Source: a bacterium (lineage in GTDB: Bacteria > Planctomycetota > B15-G4). Taken from it: a stretch of 64,000 nucleotides of DNA. This document shows, one piece after another, positions 56,115 through 64,000 of this stretch. The DNA lies in the NCBI GenBank assembly GCA_030428785.1, contig JAUIEF010000007.1:1333-65332 (forward strand), in the 5' to 3' direction. The notes beneath the pieces were generated by a model. The model was not told where the DNA came from. It ran no database searches and was given only the letters and a program-made list of their open reading frames with translations. Numbering within the stretch: position 1 is the first letter of the stretch; the number at the start of each line of letters is the position of its first letter. The position numbers and the translations under genes are program-made.

Positions 56115-56498
56115 ACTCACACCGCGACCCGCGGGGATGGGTCCGCGCGGAGAGGGACGCCGGCGGACGACACCCGCGGGGAGACGACGTCGCGTGTGGC
56201 CGTGCATCGCGCGTTCCGCGCTCGCACTCGTCGGCGGAAATCAGGCAGGACGCCGAGTGCCGGGAGCCCATCGGCGTCGCGAACAGCAGGCGTCATGCCG
56301 GCGGTCAGCCGTCACGTCGGGAGCGAAGCGATCCGACTTCACGTGGTCCGTGACGAGCCGAGCGGTTCTCTCGCGCGTTCCCCGCGCGGCGTCGGCTTCC
56401 GTGCCCCGACCCGCTCCATGCCGCCGGCCCGCCCGCACGGATCGGTGCGGTCCGTGCGCCGACCCATCGACGCCTCCCACTCGCGTCACGATGGGAGC

Positions 56499-56729
56499 GC
56501 AGCGAGGGAGGACGCGTCGGGACGGACGCGCCGTGGAAGTCGTTCCGGATGCGACGTGAGGGCATGTCTGCGGCCCACGCGCAGTTATCTCCCGCAGGGC
56601 CGAAGGCCCGAGGACCTCTTCGATCATAGGCCCCTTCTTGAGCATGGGCCGCAGACATGCCCTCACGGTCGGCGCCACCGACCCCACCCCAGCGCGTCCG
56701 TCCCGCCGCGACCGACCGAGCGGAGCGCC
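56499..56729 (-). repeat. structured 3'-end element, type 2, copy 2B (231 nt)
   Basis: The stem arms are 56556-56577 and 56645-56666, 22 bp and all Watson-Crick. Beyond the first GTGAGG, the arm sequence differs from copy 2A. The loop is 67 nt and shares GCGCAGTTATCTCCCGCAGGGCCGAAGGCCCGAGGAC with the reverse complement of 2A. It ends 7 nt from the stop of gene 56737..59160. Confidence 0.85.
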
Positions 56730-56736
56730 CTGGACG

Positions 56737-59160
56737 TCACCCGTCGCCGAGGTAGCCGAGCGCCTTGAGCTCCGCGAGCGCCGCCCCGGCCGCGTCGCTC
56801 CCCACCGCGTGGCCGCCCTCCGGCGCCGTGTACCGTCCGAGGAACCACGCGAGGCGGCGTCGCAGCTCGGCGACGTCGTCGGGGCGGACCGCCGCGACGT
56901 CCTCGTGCTCGCCGGGGTCGTCGGTGAGGTCGTAGAGCGAGGCGGGTGACGCGGCGTCGTCCGTGCGCGGGCCGATGAGCTTGGTCCCGTCGCTGAGCAC
57001 GGCGCGGCGGTCGTCCGATTCCGCGACGCGCACGTCGGGGCGCGCCGTGTCGACGGCGGCACCGCGCGGCTCGCGGCCGCCGCTCCGCGCGTCGCCGCCT
57101 TCGGTCGGCGTCGTGCCGCGGTGTGCTCGCAGCGAGCGGCCCGGCAGGTCATCGGGGACCGGCAGGCCGACGACGTCGAGCACCGTCGGCACGAGGTCGA
57201 GGCCCGAGACGGGGACGTCGCTCGCGCCGGGGCGGGCGTCCGGGTAGCGCACGACGAGCGGCACGCGGAGCTGCTCGGCGTGGAGCGAGGCGCCGTGGCC
57301 CAGGTGGCCGTGCTCGAGGAAGCCCTCCCCGTGGTCGCTCGTGAAGAGCACGAGCAGCGGCTCGTCGCCGACGCGCGCCTCGAGCTCGCGCAGGAAGGCG
57401 GCGACGTGCGCGTCCATGCCGGTCACGAGGCCGTCGTAGAGCGCCTCGACCCAGGCGGCGTCGGCGGGGTCGAGCGACAGCTCGCCGCGGTTGCACGGGT
57501 CGAGGACGTTGTGCGTGTCGACCTCGAGGTCGCGCAGCGGACCGGCGTAGGCCGGGTCGGTCCAACGGTCCGTGCGCTCGTAGGGCGCGTGGACGGCGTA
57601 GGTGTGCAGGAAGAGGAAGACCGGCCGCTCGCTGTCGCGCGCGGCGACGAAGTCGAGCGCGGCGCTCCAGTCGAGATCCTTGGGGTCGCGCGTGTCGTAG
57701 CGCTCGAAGCCCGCGTCGCAGCCGTAGACCGGGCGCAGGTAGCCGCCGCCCGTCAGCGCGCGGGTCTCGTAGCCGGCGTCGGCGAGGCGCGACGCGAGGG
57801 TCGTCGCCGTGTCGCCGAGCGCGGCGCTCGCGCGGTCGACGCCGTGCTGGTGCACCGCGAGGCCCGTGAGGAAGGAGACCGTCGACGGCAGCGTCCAGGG
57901 CGCGGTCGACACGGAGTCCGTGTAGACGACGGCGCGCTCGGCGGCCCACGCGTCGAGCGCGGGCGTCGTCGCGCGCGCCGCACCGTAGGCCGCGAGGCGG
58001 TCGGCGCGCAGGGTGTCGACGTCGACGAGCACGACGTGCGGTCGGTCGGGCACGCGCGCCGCGCCTCCGCGGAGGCGCAGGTCGGCCCAGAGGCCGTAGT
58101 CGTGGAGCGCGTCGCCGGCGGGCCCCGGCTCCGTGACGAGCCGCAGCGCCACGCGGCGTCCGCGGAAGCGCGCGAGGTCGACGACGGCCTCGGTCCACGC
58201 CTCGCCGACGTCGTCCGCGCCGACGGTCGCGCTCCACACGCGCTCGACGGTCGCCGTCGCGGAGCCTGAGTCCGGCGCACCGCCGGCCCCGTCGACCGCG
58301 CCGCCTCCCGCCCGTCCCTCGACGACGACCTCCACCGCGAAGGTCGCGCCGTCGCCGCGGCGGGGCGCGCGGCGCACGACGCCGTCCTCGATCGTCCAGC
58401 CCTCGGGCGAGACGCCGACCGCGACGTGCAGCCGGTCGGCGCGCAGGACGCCCGCCGGCAGCTCGAGCACGGACGGCGCGGCGAGCAGCACCGCGTCGCG
58501 CGTCACGTCGTCGAGCGTCGCCCGCGTGCGCAGGTCCGCCGGCGCCGGCTCGTGCCCCGTGAGCGCGCGCCCGCGCTCGACCCGCGCGAACTCCGCGACG
58601 GCCGGCACGCTGCCCACGAGGCTCACGCCCCGCGGCGGCCCCTCCGACACGGCGAGCACCATGTGCTGCCCGCGGTACCAACCCGCGAAGCGCTCGGGCA
58701 CGGGCGCCGCGTCGCCGAAAGACCAGCGCGGAACGTCGCGGCCGTCGACGCGCGCGACGGGCTCCGGCGCGCCCTCCACGAGCGGCAGCGGCGGTCGCGC
58801 CCACCAGAGGTCGCCGCGGCCGTGCGCCTCGAGCGTCGCGACCCACTCCGGCGGCATGGCCTCGGCGCGCTGCCACGCGAGCGGCGGCATGGGGACCTCG
58901 ACGCGCACGGGACCGCCGAGCGTCTCCGCGACGTCCGGCGGCAGCGCGTGCGCGGGCGCCGCGAGGAGTCGCGCGCCGTCGAGGCGCTCGAGCAGCCCGT
59001 CACCCGGTCGCCACTCGCCGTCGGTGCGCGCGACGGGTACCGCGCGCTCCCCGCCCGGCGCGGCGATCGTGCCCGGCACGTCCCCGCCGCACGCGACGAC
59101 GGCAAACGCGACGACGCACGCGACGAGTCCCCGTCGCGCGCGCCGCGCCCCGCCCGTCAC
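56737..59160 (-). CDS. sulfatase-like hydrolase/transferase lipoprotein (alkaline phosphatase superfamily) with a large N-terminal domain
   Basis: GTG 59160 overlaps the rbfA stop. Lipobox AFAVVACGG. The C-terminal half carries VVLVDVDTLRADRL, LVLFTSDHGEGFLEHGHLGHG. No clear CxPxR motif. Confidence 0.75.
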   Translation of the reverse strand: MTGGARRARRGLVACVVAFAVVACGGDVPGTIAAPGGERAVPVARTDGEWRPGDGLLERLDGARLLAAPAHALPPDVAETLGGPVRVEVPMPPLAWQRAEAMPPEWVATLEAHGRGDLWWARPPLPLVEGAPEPVARVDGRDVPRWSFGDAAPVPERFAGWYRGQHMVLAVSEGPPRGVSLVGSVPAVAEFARVERGRALTGHEPAPADLRTRATLDDVTRDAVLLAAPSVLELPAGVLRADRLHVAVGVSPEGWTIEDGVVRRAPRRGDGATFAVEVVVEGRAGGGAVDGAGGAPDSGSATATVERVWSATVGADDVGEAWTEAVVDLARFRGRRVALRLVTEPGPAGDALHDYGLWADLRLRGGAARVPDRPHVVLVDVDTLRADRLAAYGAARATTPALDAWAAERAVVYTDSVSTAPWTLPSTVSFLTGLAVHQHGVDRASAALGDTATTLASRLADAGYETRALTGGGYLRPVYGCDAGFERYDTRDPKDLDWSAALDFVAARDSERPVFLFLHTYAVHAPYERTDRWTDPAYAGPLRDLEVDTHNVLDPCNRGELSLDPADAAWVEALYDGLVTGMDAHVAAFLRELEARVGDEPLLVLFTSDHGEGFLEHGHLGHGASLHAEQLRVPLVVRYPDARPGASDVPVSGLDLVPTVLDVVGLPVPDDLPGRSLRAHRGTTPTEGGDARSGGREPRGAAVDTARPDVRVAESDDRRAVLSDGTKLIGPRTDDAASPASLYDLTDDPGEHEDVAAVRPDDVAELRRRLAWFLGRYTAPEGGHAVGSDAAGAALAELKALGYLGDG

Positions 59161-59687
59161 GGCCGGGGGTCCTCGGAGGCCTCGTCGACGGGGTCGCCGC
59201 CGGCACCCGTCGCGTCGTCGACGTCACCCGCCGCGGCGGCGCGCTCGGCGTCCCCGTCCGGGTCGCCGTCGGGCTCCGGCGCCTCCGCGCCCTCGCCGCC
59301 CTCCGCGGCGCGCCGCGCGGCCTCCTCCGCCTCACGCGCCTCGCGCTCCGCGGTGACCTCCGCGATGAGGTCGCGGACCTTGCTCTCCTTCTCGACCTGC
59401 GCGTCGAAGATGAACCGCAGCTCGGGCATGGTCCGCATGCGCAGCGTCGGCGCGAGCAGCTCCTGCACGCGTCCGCGCCCGTCGTGCAGCGCGCGCTGCG
59501 TCGCGCGGATCTGCCCCTCGCTGCCGAGCGCGGTGTAGAAGACCTTCGCGATCTTCTTGTCCTTGCTCAGCTCGACCTTCGTGATGGTCACGAAGCCGAT
59601 GCGCGGATCGGCGAGGCGCTCGCACACGATGACGGCGATCTTCTCGCGGAGGATCGCCTCCTGCCGCAGCTTCCGGTCCCAGGACAT
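59157..59687 (-). CDS. rbfA: ribosome-binding factor A with an acidic C-terminal extension
   Basis: Carries RIGFVTITKVELSKDKKIAKVFY and MPELRFIFD, typical of RbfA. A tail of about 60 aa follows, rich in E, A, D and G. Confidence 0.85.
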   Translation of the reverse strand: MSWDRKLRQEAILREKIAVIVCERLADPRIGFVTITKVELSKDKKIAKVFYTALGSEGQIRATQRALHDGRGRVQELLAPTLRMRTMPELRFIFDAQVEKESKVRDLIAEVTAEREAREAEEAARRAAEGGEGAEAPEPDGDPDGDAERAAAAGDVDDATGAGGDPVDEASEDPRP

Positions 59688-59697
59688 GGCGCGGGCC

Positions 59698-62607
59698 TCA
59701 GCCCTCGGAGGTGGACGACTCGAGCGTGCGCTTCACCTCGGTGACGGTGAAGGCCTCGATGACGTCCTCCTCCTTGATGTCGTTGTACCCGGCGATGTGG
59801 AGACCGCACTCGTAGTTCTCGCGGACCTCCTTCACGTCGTCCTTGAAGCGCTTGAGGCTGTCGAGGCGACCCGTGTGGATCACCGAGCCGTCGCGCACGA
59901 GGCGGATGTGGCAGTCGCGGGTGAGGATGCCGTCCGTGACGTAGCAACCGGCGATCGTGCCGTACTTGCTCGCCTTGAACGTCGCGCGGATCGTCGCGTG
60001 ACCGATGACCTCCTCCACCGACTCCGTGCCGAGCTGGCCCTCGATGGCCTTCTCGAGGTCCTCGGTGATCTCGTAGATCACGTCGTAGAACTTCACGTCG
60101 ATGCCGGTGCGCTGCACGGCCTGCCGCGCCCGCGTGTCGGGCACCACGCCGAAGCCGATGATGAACGCGTCGGAGGCGCTCGCGAGCAGCACGTCGTCCT
60201 CGGTGATGCCGCCCACGCCGGTGCGCAGCACCTTGAAGCGCACCTCGGGGTGGCTCACGTCCTCGACGGTCTGCCGCACGACCTCCATCGAGCCCATGTT
60301 GTCCGCCTTCACGAGCACGTTGATCTCGGTGACGTTCTGGGACTCGATGGTGTCGAACAGGTTCTCGAGCGTGACCGCGTCGGACGCCGGGGTGATGTCC
60401 TCGCGCGACTCCTCCTTGCGCTCGGCGGCCACCTCGCGGGCGGTGTTGATGTCCTCGACGGCGAGGAAGCGCGCGCCGGCGGCCGGCGGCTCGTCGAAGC
60501 CGACAATCTGCACGGGCATGGACGGCCCGGCCTCGTTGATGCGCTTGCCGCGGTCGTCCAGCAGCCAGCGCACGCGGCCCACGGTGGTCCCGGCGATGAT
60601 CGGGTCCTTGGGACGCAGCGTGCCCGACTGCACGACGGCCGTGCAGACGACGCCCATGTTCTTGTCCTTGGTGGAGTCGATGACGACGCCGCGCGCGGGC
60701 ACGCCCGGGTCGGCGGTCAGCTCCAGGAGCTCGGTCTCGAGCGCGAGGCGCTCCAGCAGGTCGTCCAGGCCCTGGCCGGTGGTCGCCGAGACCTCGACGA
60801 CACCCACCTCGCCGCCGTAGTCCTCGACGAGGACGCCGGCGCTCGCGAGCTGCTGGCGCACCTTCATCGGGTCGGCGTTGGGCCGGTCGCACTTGTTGAT
60901 CGCGACGACCATCGGCACCTCGCCGGCGACGGCGTGGTCGATGGCCTCCTGCGTCTGCTCCATGACGCCGTCGTCCGCCGCCACGACGAGCACCGCGACG
61001 TCCGTGAGCTGCGTGCCGCGGGCGCGCATCTCGGTGAACGCCTTGTGGCCCGGCGTGTCGAGGAAGGTGACGTGCGCGCCGCTCTTCGTCTCGACGGAGT
61101 ACGCGGACGTCTTCTGCGTGATGCCGCCCGCCTCCTTCGCGGCGACGCGGCTCTTGCGCAGCGTGTCGAGCAGCGTCGTCTTGCCGTGGTCGACGTGACC
61201 CATGACGGCCACGACGACCGGGCGCGGCTTCTCGCCCTTCGCCATGCCCTCGGCGCGCTCGGACTCGCGGTCCTTCATGCGCGCCTCGGCGCTGTCCGGC
61301 GGGAGGATGTGGACCTCGCGCTCGAGCGCGACGCCCAGCTCGAGGAGCTGCTCCTCGTCGAAGACCGCGTTCTTGACCGCGTTCTTGTCGCGCGGATCGA
61401 TGTCCGGGCGGTGCGAGAGGATCTCGCGCGTCTTGATGCCCAGCTCCTCCGAGAGCTCCCGGATGCCGATGGGCGGACGCACGGTGATCGGGTGCGTCGG
61501 GCGCGGCACGTTGCGCGCGGCGCGGCGCGACCGGCCGAAGCGCGAACGGCGCGGAGGCGGGCGACGCGGCGGCGGACGACGCCGGCCCGCGAAGTGGCCG
61601 AGCCGGATGGCCGAGAGCGCCGTGTTGTCCTCGGGGTCGAAGACGAAGTCCCCGCCGCCGGGCTTGCCGGACTTGCCGCGGACGCGCTCGCCCTCGCCGC
61701 GCCGCGTGGCGCCGCTGTCGCGGCTCTTCGCCGCCGGCATGGCGCGCGTCGGGTCGAGCGGGTCGTACGCCGGCGCGGAGCCGCCGCCGCGACGGCGCGG
61801 CTCGGTGTCCTGCGTGGGCAGGTCGATCTTGCCGAGGATCTTCGCGCCGCGACGCTTCACGCGGTCGGGCACGTTGGGCACGCCGATCGGGCGCACCTCG
61901 TCGTCCTCGCCGGCGGCCTCGGGCGCGTCGCCGCCGCCCTCCTCGTCGCCGGAGGCGTCGGTCGCGGGCTCCGCGGTCTCGTCGTCGGAGGGCGCGGCCT
62001 GGCCGCCGAAGGTCACGACGACCTGCTTCTCGTCGTCGGCGGTCTCCTCGGCGCCTTCGTCCGCGACGGTCTCCGCGGGCGCGGCCTCCTCGGCCGGCGC
62101 GTCGCCCTCGGCGGCCGCCTCCACGGGCGCGGCCTCGGCCTCGGCGGGCTCGGCCACGGTCTCGGCGGCGGCGGCCTGCTCGGCCTCGGCCGCGGCGGCG
62201 GCCTCCGCGGCCGCGGCCTCGGCGGCGGCCGCCTCGGCCTGCTCGCGCTCCTCGTCCGCGGGCGTGCGGATGCGCACGGTCACCGAGATGTCCGGGTCGC
62301 CGGCGCCGTCACCGGCCGCGACGGTCTCGGTCACCGCGTCGTCGGCCGGGGCCTCCGCGTCGGAGTCGGTCGCCGCGTCGTCGTCGCCCGCCTCCGCGGC
62401 GGCGGCGGCGGCGGCCTTCGCGGCCTTGCGCGCGGCCTTCTCCTCCTGCTCCTTGACCTCCTCGAGCCAGGCGGCCCGGAGGATGCCCTCAGTACCCTTG
62501 GGCAGGTTCGACGAGTGGGACTTCACGCCAAGGCCCAGTTCCTTGGCGATGGCAAGCATGCGCTTGCTGTCCGCGTCGAGTTCCTTGGAGAGTTCGTGCA
62601 GTCTCAA
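59698..62607 (-). CDS. infB: translation initiation factor IF-2
   Basis: TTG start at 62607, with GGAG about 9 nt upstream and an in-frame TGA immediately before it. G-domain motifs [19 protein letters not shown] and NKCD. Long Ala/Glu-rich N-terminal region. Confidence 0.95.
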   Translation of the reverse strand: MRLHELSKELDADSKRMLAIAKELGLGVKSHSSNLPKGTEGILRAAWLEEVKEQEEKAARKAAKAAAAAAAEAGDDDAATDSDAEAPADDAVTETVAAGDGAGDPDISVTVRIRTPADEEREQAEAAAAEAAAAEAAAAAEAEQAAAAETVAEPAEAEAAPVEAAAEGDAPAEEAAPAETVADEGAEETADDEKQVVVTFGGQAAPSDDETAEPATDASGDEEGGGDAPEAAGEDDEVRPIGVPNVPDRVKRRGAKILGKIDLPTQDTEPRRRGGGSAPAYDPLDPTRAMPAAKSRDSGATRRGEGERVRGKSGKPGGGDFVFDPEDNTALSAIRLGHFAGRRRPPPRRPPPRRSRFGRSRRAARNVPRPTHPITVRPPIGIRELSEELGIKTREILSHRPDIDPRDKNAVKNAVFDEEQLLELGVALEREVHILPPDSAEARMKDRESERAEGMAKGEKPRPVVVAVMGHVDHGKTTLLDTLRKSRVAAKEAGGITQKTSAYSVETKSGAHVTFLDTPGHKAFTEMRARGTQLTDVAVLVVAADDGVMEQTQEAIDHAVAGEVPMVVAINKCDRPNADPMKVRQQLASAGVLVEDYGGEVGVVEVSATTGQGLDDLLERLALETELLELTADPGVPARGVVIDSTKDKNMGVVCTAVVQSGTLRPKDPIIAGTTVGRVRWLLDDRGKRINEAGPSMPVQIVGFDEPPAAGARFLAVEDINTAREVAAERKEESREDITPASDAVTLENLFDTIESQNVTEINVLVKADNMGSMEVVRQTVEDVSHPEVRFKVLRTGVGGITEDDVLLASASDAFIIGFGVVPDTRARQAVQRTGIDVKFYDVIYEITEDLEKAIEGQLGTESVEEVIGHATIRATFKASKYGTIAGCYVTDGILTRDCHIRLVRDGSVIHTGRLDSLKRFKDDVKEVRENYECGLHIAGYNDIKEEDVIEAFTVTEVKRTLESSTSEG

Positions 62608-62613
62608 GGGACA

Positions 62614-63696
62614 TCACTCCGACCGTGCCTCGGGGTCGCCCGCGGCGCCCGCGCTGCCGGCTCCCTCCGGGGAGCCCTCGGCTGCGGGGGCGTCGACGCC
62701 GGCCGGTCCGGCCTCACCAGGAGGCGGTCCCAACGGCTGCCCGTTCTCGTCACGGGCGCTGTGCGGCATCTGGGTCACACCTTCGATCTTGATGTCCCAG
62801 CCGGTCAGGCGGGTGGCCAACCGGACGTTCTGCCCCTTGCGCCCGATCGCCAGCGCGAGCTGGTCGTCGGGCACCACGACGCGGCAGATCTTCGTCTCCT
62901 GCTCCATGTTCAACGAGGCGATCTGCGCGGGGCGCAGCGCGTTGATGATGAGATCCTCGTCCGAGTCGCTCCAGCGGATGATGTCGATCTTCTCGCCGTT
63001 GAGCTCGTCGGTGATGGCCTTGATGCGGGTGCCGCGGATGCCCACGCAGGCGCCGACGCAGTCGACGCGCGGGTCCGTGCTGTGCACCGCGATCTTCGTG
63101 CGGTAGCCCGGCTCGCGGGCGATGCGACGGATCTCGATGATGCCGTCCGCGACCTCGGGCACCTCGAGCTCGAAGAGCCGGCGCACGAGCTCGGGGGACA
63201 CGCGCGACAGGATGATCTTCACGCGCGTGCCGACGCGCTTCACCTCGGTGATGATCGCGCGGATGCGGTCGCCGGGGCTGTAGACCTCGCCGCGGACGCG
63301 GTCGGCGCGCGGGATGATGGCCTCCGCGCGGCCGATGTTCACGATGATGGCGCCGCCCTCGATGCGCTGGACCTGCCCGAGGATGAGCTCGCCCACCCGA
63401 CCCTCGAAGTCGGAGAAGACGACCGCGTTCTCGGCGTCGCGCAGCGACTGGATGATGACCTGCTTGGCCGTCTGCGCCGCGATGCGGCCGAGGTCGATCG
63501 CGCCGTGGTCCTGGTCGCTCGTCACCGACAGCTCGCCCGTCTTGCGGTCGAGCGTGCAGTGGATCGTGACCTCCTCGCCCACCTTCTTCTGGATCGCCGC
63601 GACCATCGCCTGCTCGATCGTCGTGAAGATCAATTCACTCTCGATGTCCTTCTCGAGGTGGATCGCTTCGATGATGCGCAGCAGTTCGCTGTTCAT
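62614..63696 (-). CDS. nusA: transcription termination/antitermination factor NusA (short form, 360 aa)
   Basis: N-terminus MNSELLRIIEAIHLEKDI. S1 domain and two KH domains (GTRIKAITDEL, GRKGQNVRLATRLTG). No AR1/AR2 acidic repeats. Confidence 0.92.
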   Translation of the reverse strand: MNSELLRIIEAIHLEKDIESELIFTTIEQAMVAAIQKKVGEEVTIHCTLDRKTGELSVTSDQDHGAIDLGRIAAQTAKQVIIQSLRDAENAVVFSDFEGRVGELILGQVQRIEGGAIIVNIGRAEAIIPRADRVRGEVYSPGDRIRAIITEVKRVGTRVKIILSRVSPELVRRLFELEVPEVADGIIEIRRIAREPGYRTKIAVHSTDPRVDCVGACVGIRGTRIKAITDELNGEKIDIIRWSDSDEDLIINALRPAQIASLNMEQETKICRVVVPDDQLALAIGRKGQNVRLATRLTGWDIKIEGVTQMPHSARDENGQPLGPPPGEAGPAGVDAPAAEGSPEGAGSAGAAGDPEARSE

Positions 63697-63948
63697 GACG
63701 CGGACGCCGACGACCCGGGCGGGCCGCGGCGCCCCCCGTGAGTCGTGGGAAGGGCCGTGGGTTGTCGCGCACGGCGACCCCGCGGAGGCGGGGCCGGACG
63801 TGCCTCACCGCGGACCGCCCGCGAGCGCGCCGGAATTGAAACAAGTGGGCCGAACCGCGCGGCGCGTCCGCATCCTGCGAACGGCGCCGCCGACGGGCCG
63901 GGATCCCACTTGTCGCCACGCGAACACGAGAAGCCGGGTGAACCGCCT

Positions 63949-63978
63949 ACTATGGTCCCCGCCGGATCCGGATGTCAA
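63949..63978 (-). promoter_or_regulatory. candidate sigma-70-type promoter for the nusA operon
   Basis: On the minus strand there is a perfect TTGACA (63978-63973), an 18-nt spacer, and CATAGT (63954-63949). This is conspicuous in such GC-rich DNA. It would give a leader of about 245 nt before the nusA ATG at 63696. Confidence 0.35.
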
Positions 63979-64000
63979 GGATTCGGGGCCTCAGCGGGGG

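Noticed and set aside
55953-57152. Track ORFs inside the cysS/sulfatase-like gap (55953..56768 +, 56044..56559 +, 56241..57152 -, 56305..56658 -)
   Set aside because: They are Arg/Ser/Pro-rich with no motifs. They read straight through the inverted-repeat elements and overlap one another in several frames. I treat the region as non-coding.
59557-63741. A 1394-aa + strand ORF antisense to rbfA-infB-nusA. Similar giant ORFs occur at 23381..26296 (-), 29893..32478 (-), 34628..37840 (+) and 38913..41723 (+)
   Set aside because: They are antisense or off-frame to genes with unambiguous motifs (IF-2 G domain, NusA KH domains, MBOAT, TrkH/TrkA). The stop-free frames are expected at this GC content.

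Overview
This is a very GC-rich bacterial chromosomal segment (over 70% GC by eye, not computed). Genes are tightly packed, and many neighbours overlap by 4 nt (ATGA/GTGA). I support about 50 protein genes and 2 tRNAs (Glu-CUC, Gln-CUG). I saw no rRNA, transposase, integrase, cas gene or CRISPR array.

The coding content is mainly housekeeping and envelope functions of a diderm bacterium:
- Kdo/LPS-kinase family protein, GT9 heptosyltransferase, glnE, lgt, a FabZ-like dehydratase and a ThiF-type E1.
- RNase D, aroK, cysS, speB-like agmatinase and yjbQ.
- An aroK / HEAT-TPR / trkA-trkH-trkH operon, and nusA-infB-rbfA.
- Two coupled ABC-2 exporter modules.
- Three alkaline-phosphatase/sulfatase-superfamily lipoproteins.
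- An MBOAT acyltransferase cluster.
- Secreted beta-propeller and CarboxypepD_reg repeat proteins.

Two non-coding features stand out.
1. Four copies of a 216-291 nt element have conserved flanks and a conserved loop, but completely different, perfectly Watson-Crick-paired stems of 21-34 bp. Each copy lies directly 3' of a gene and always in the same relative orientation. Two copies bracket yjbQ next to tRNA-Gln. The other two fill an 881-nt gap after cysS.
2. Three GCCGAA/CCCGAA hexanucleotide arrays each follow the 3' end of one of three consecutive genes. Arrays 1 and 2 are inverted, with a 47-nt perfect complement, and enclose a single gene for a four-helix-bundle protein of the 23S-rRNA-intervening-sequence family. 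That gene's ribosome-binding site lies inside a perfect 23-bp hairpin.

All family assignments come from motif recognition by eye. No database search or folding computation was run. Many long ORFs in the supplied track are off-frame or antisense artefacts of the high GC content.
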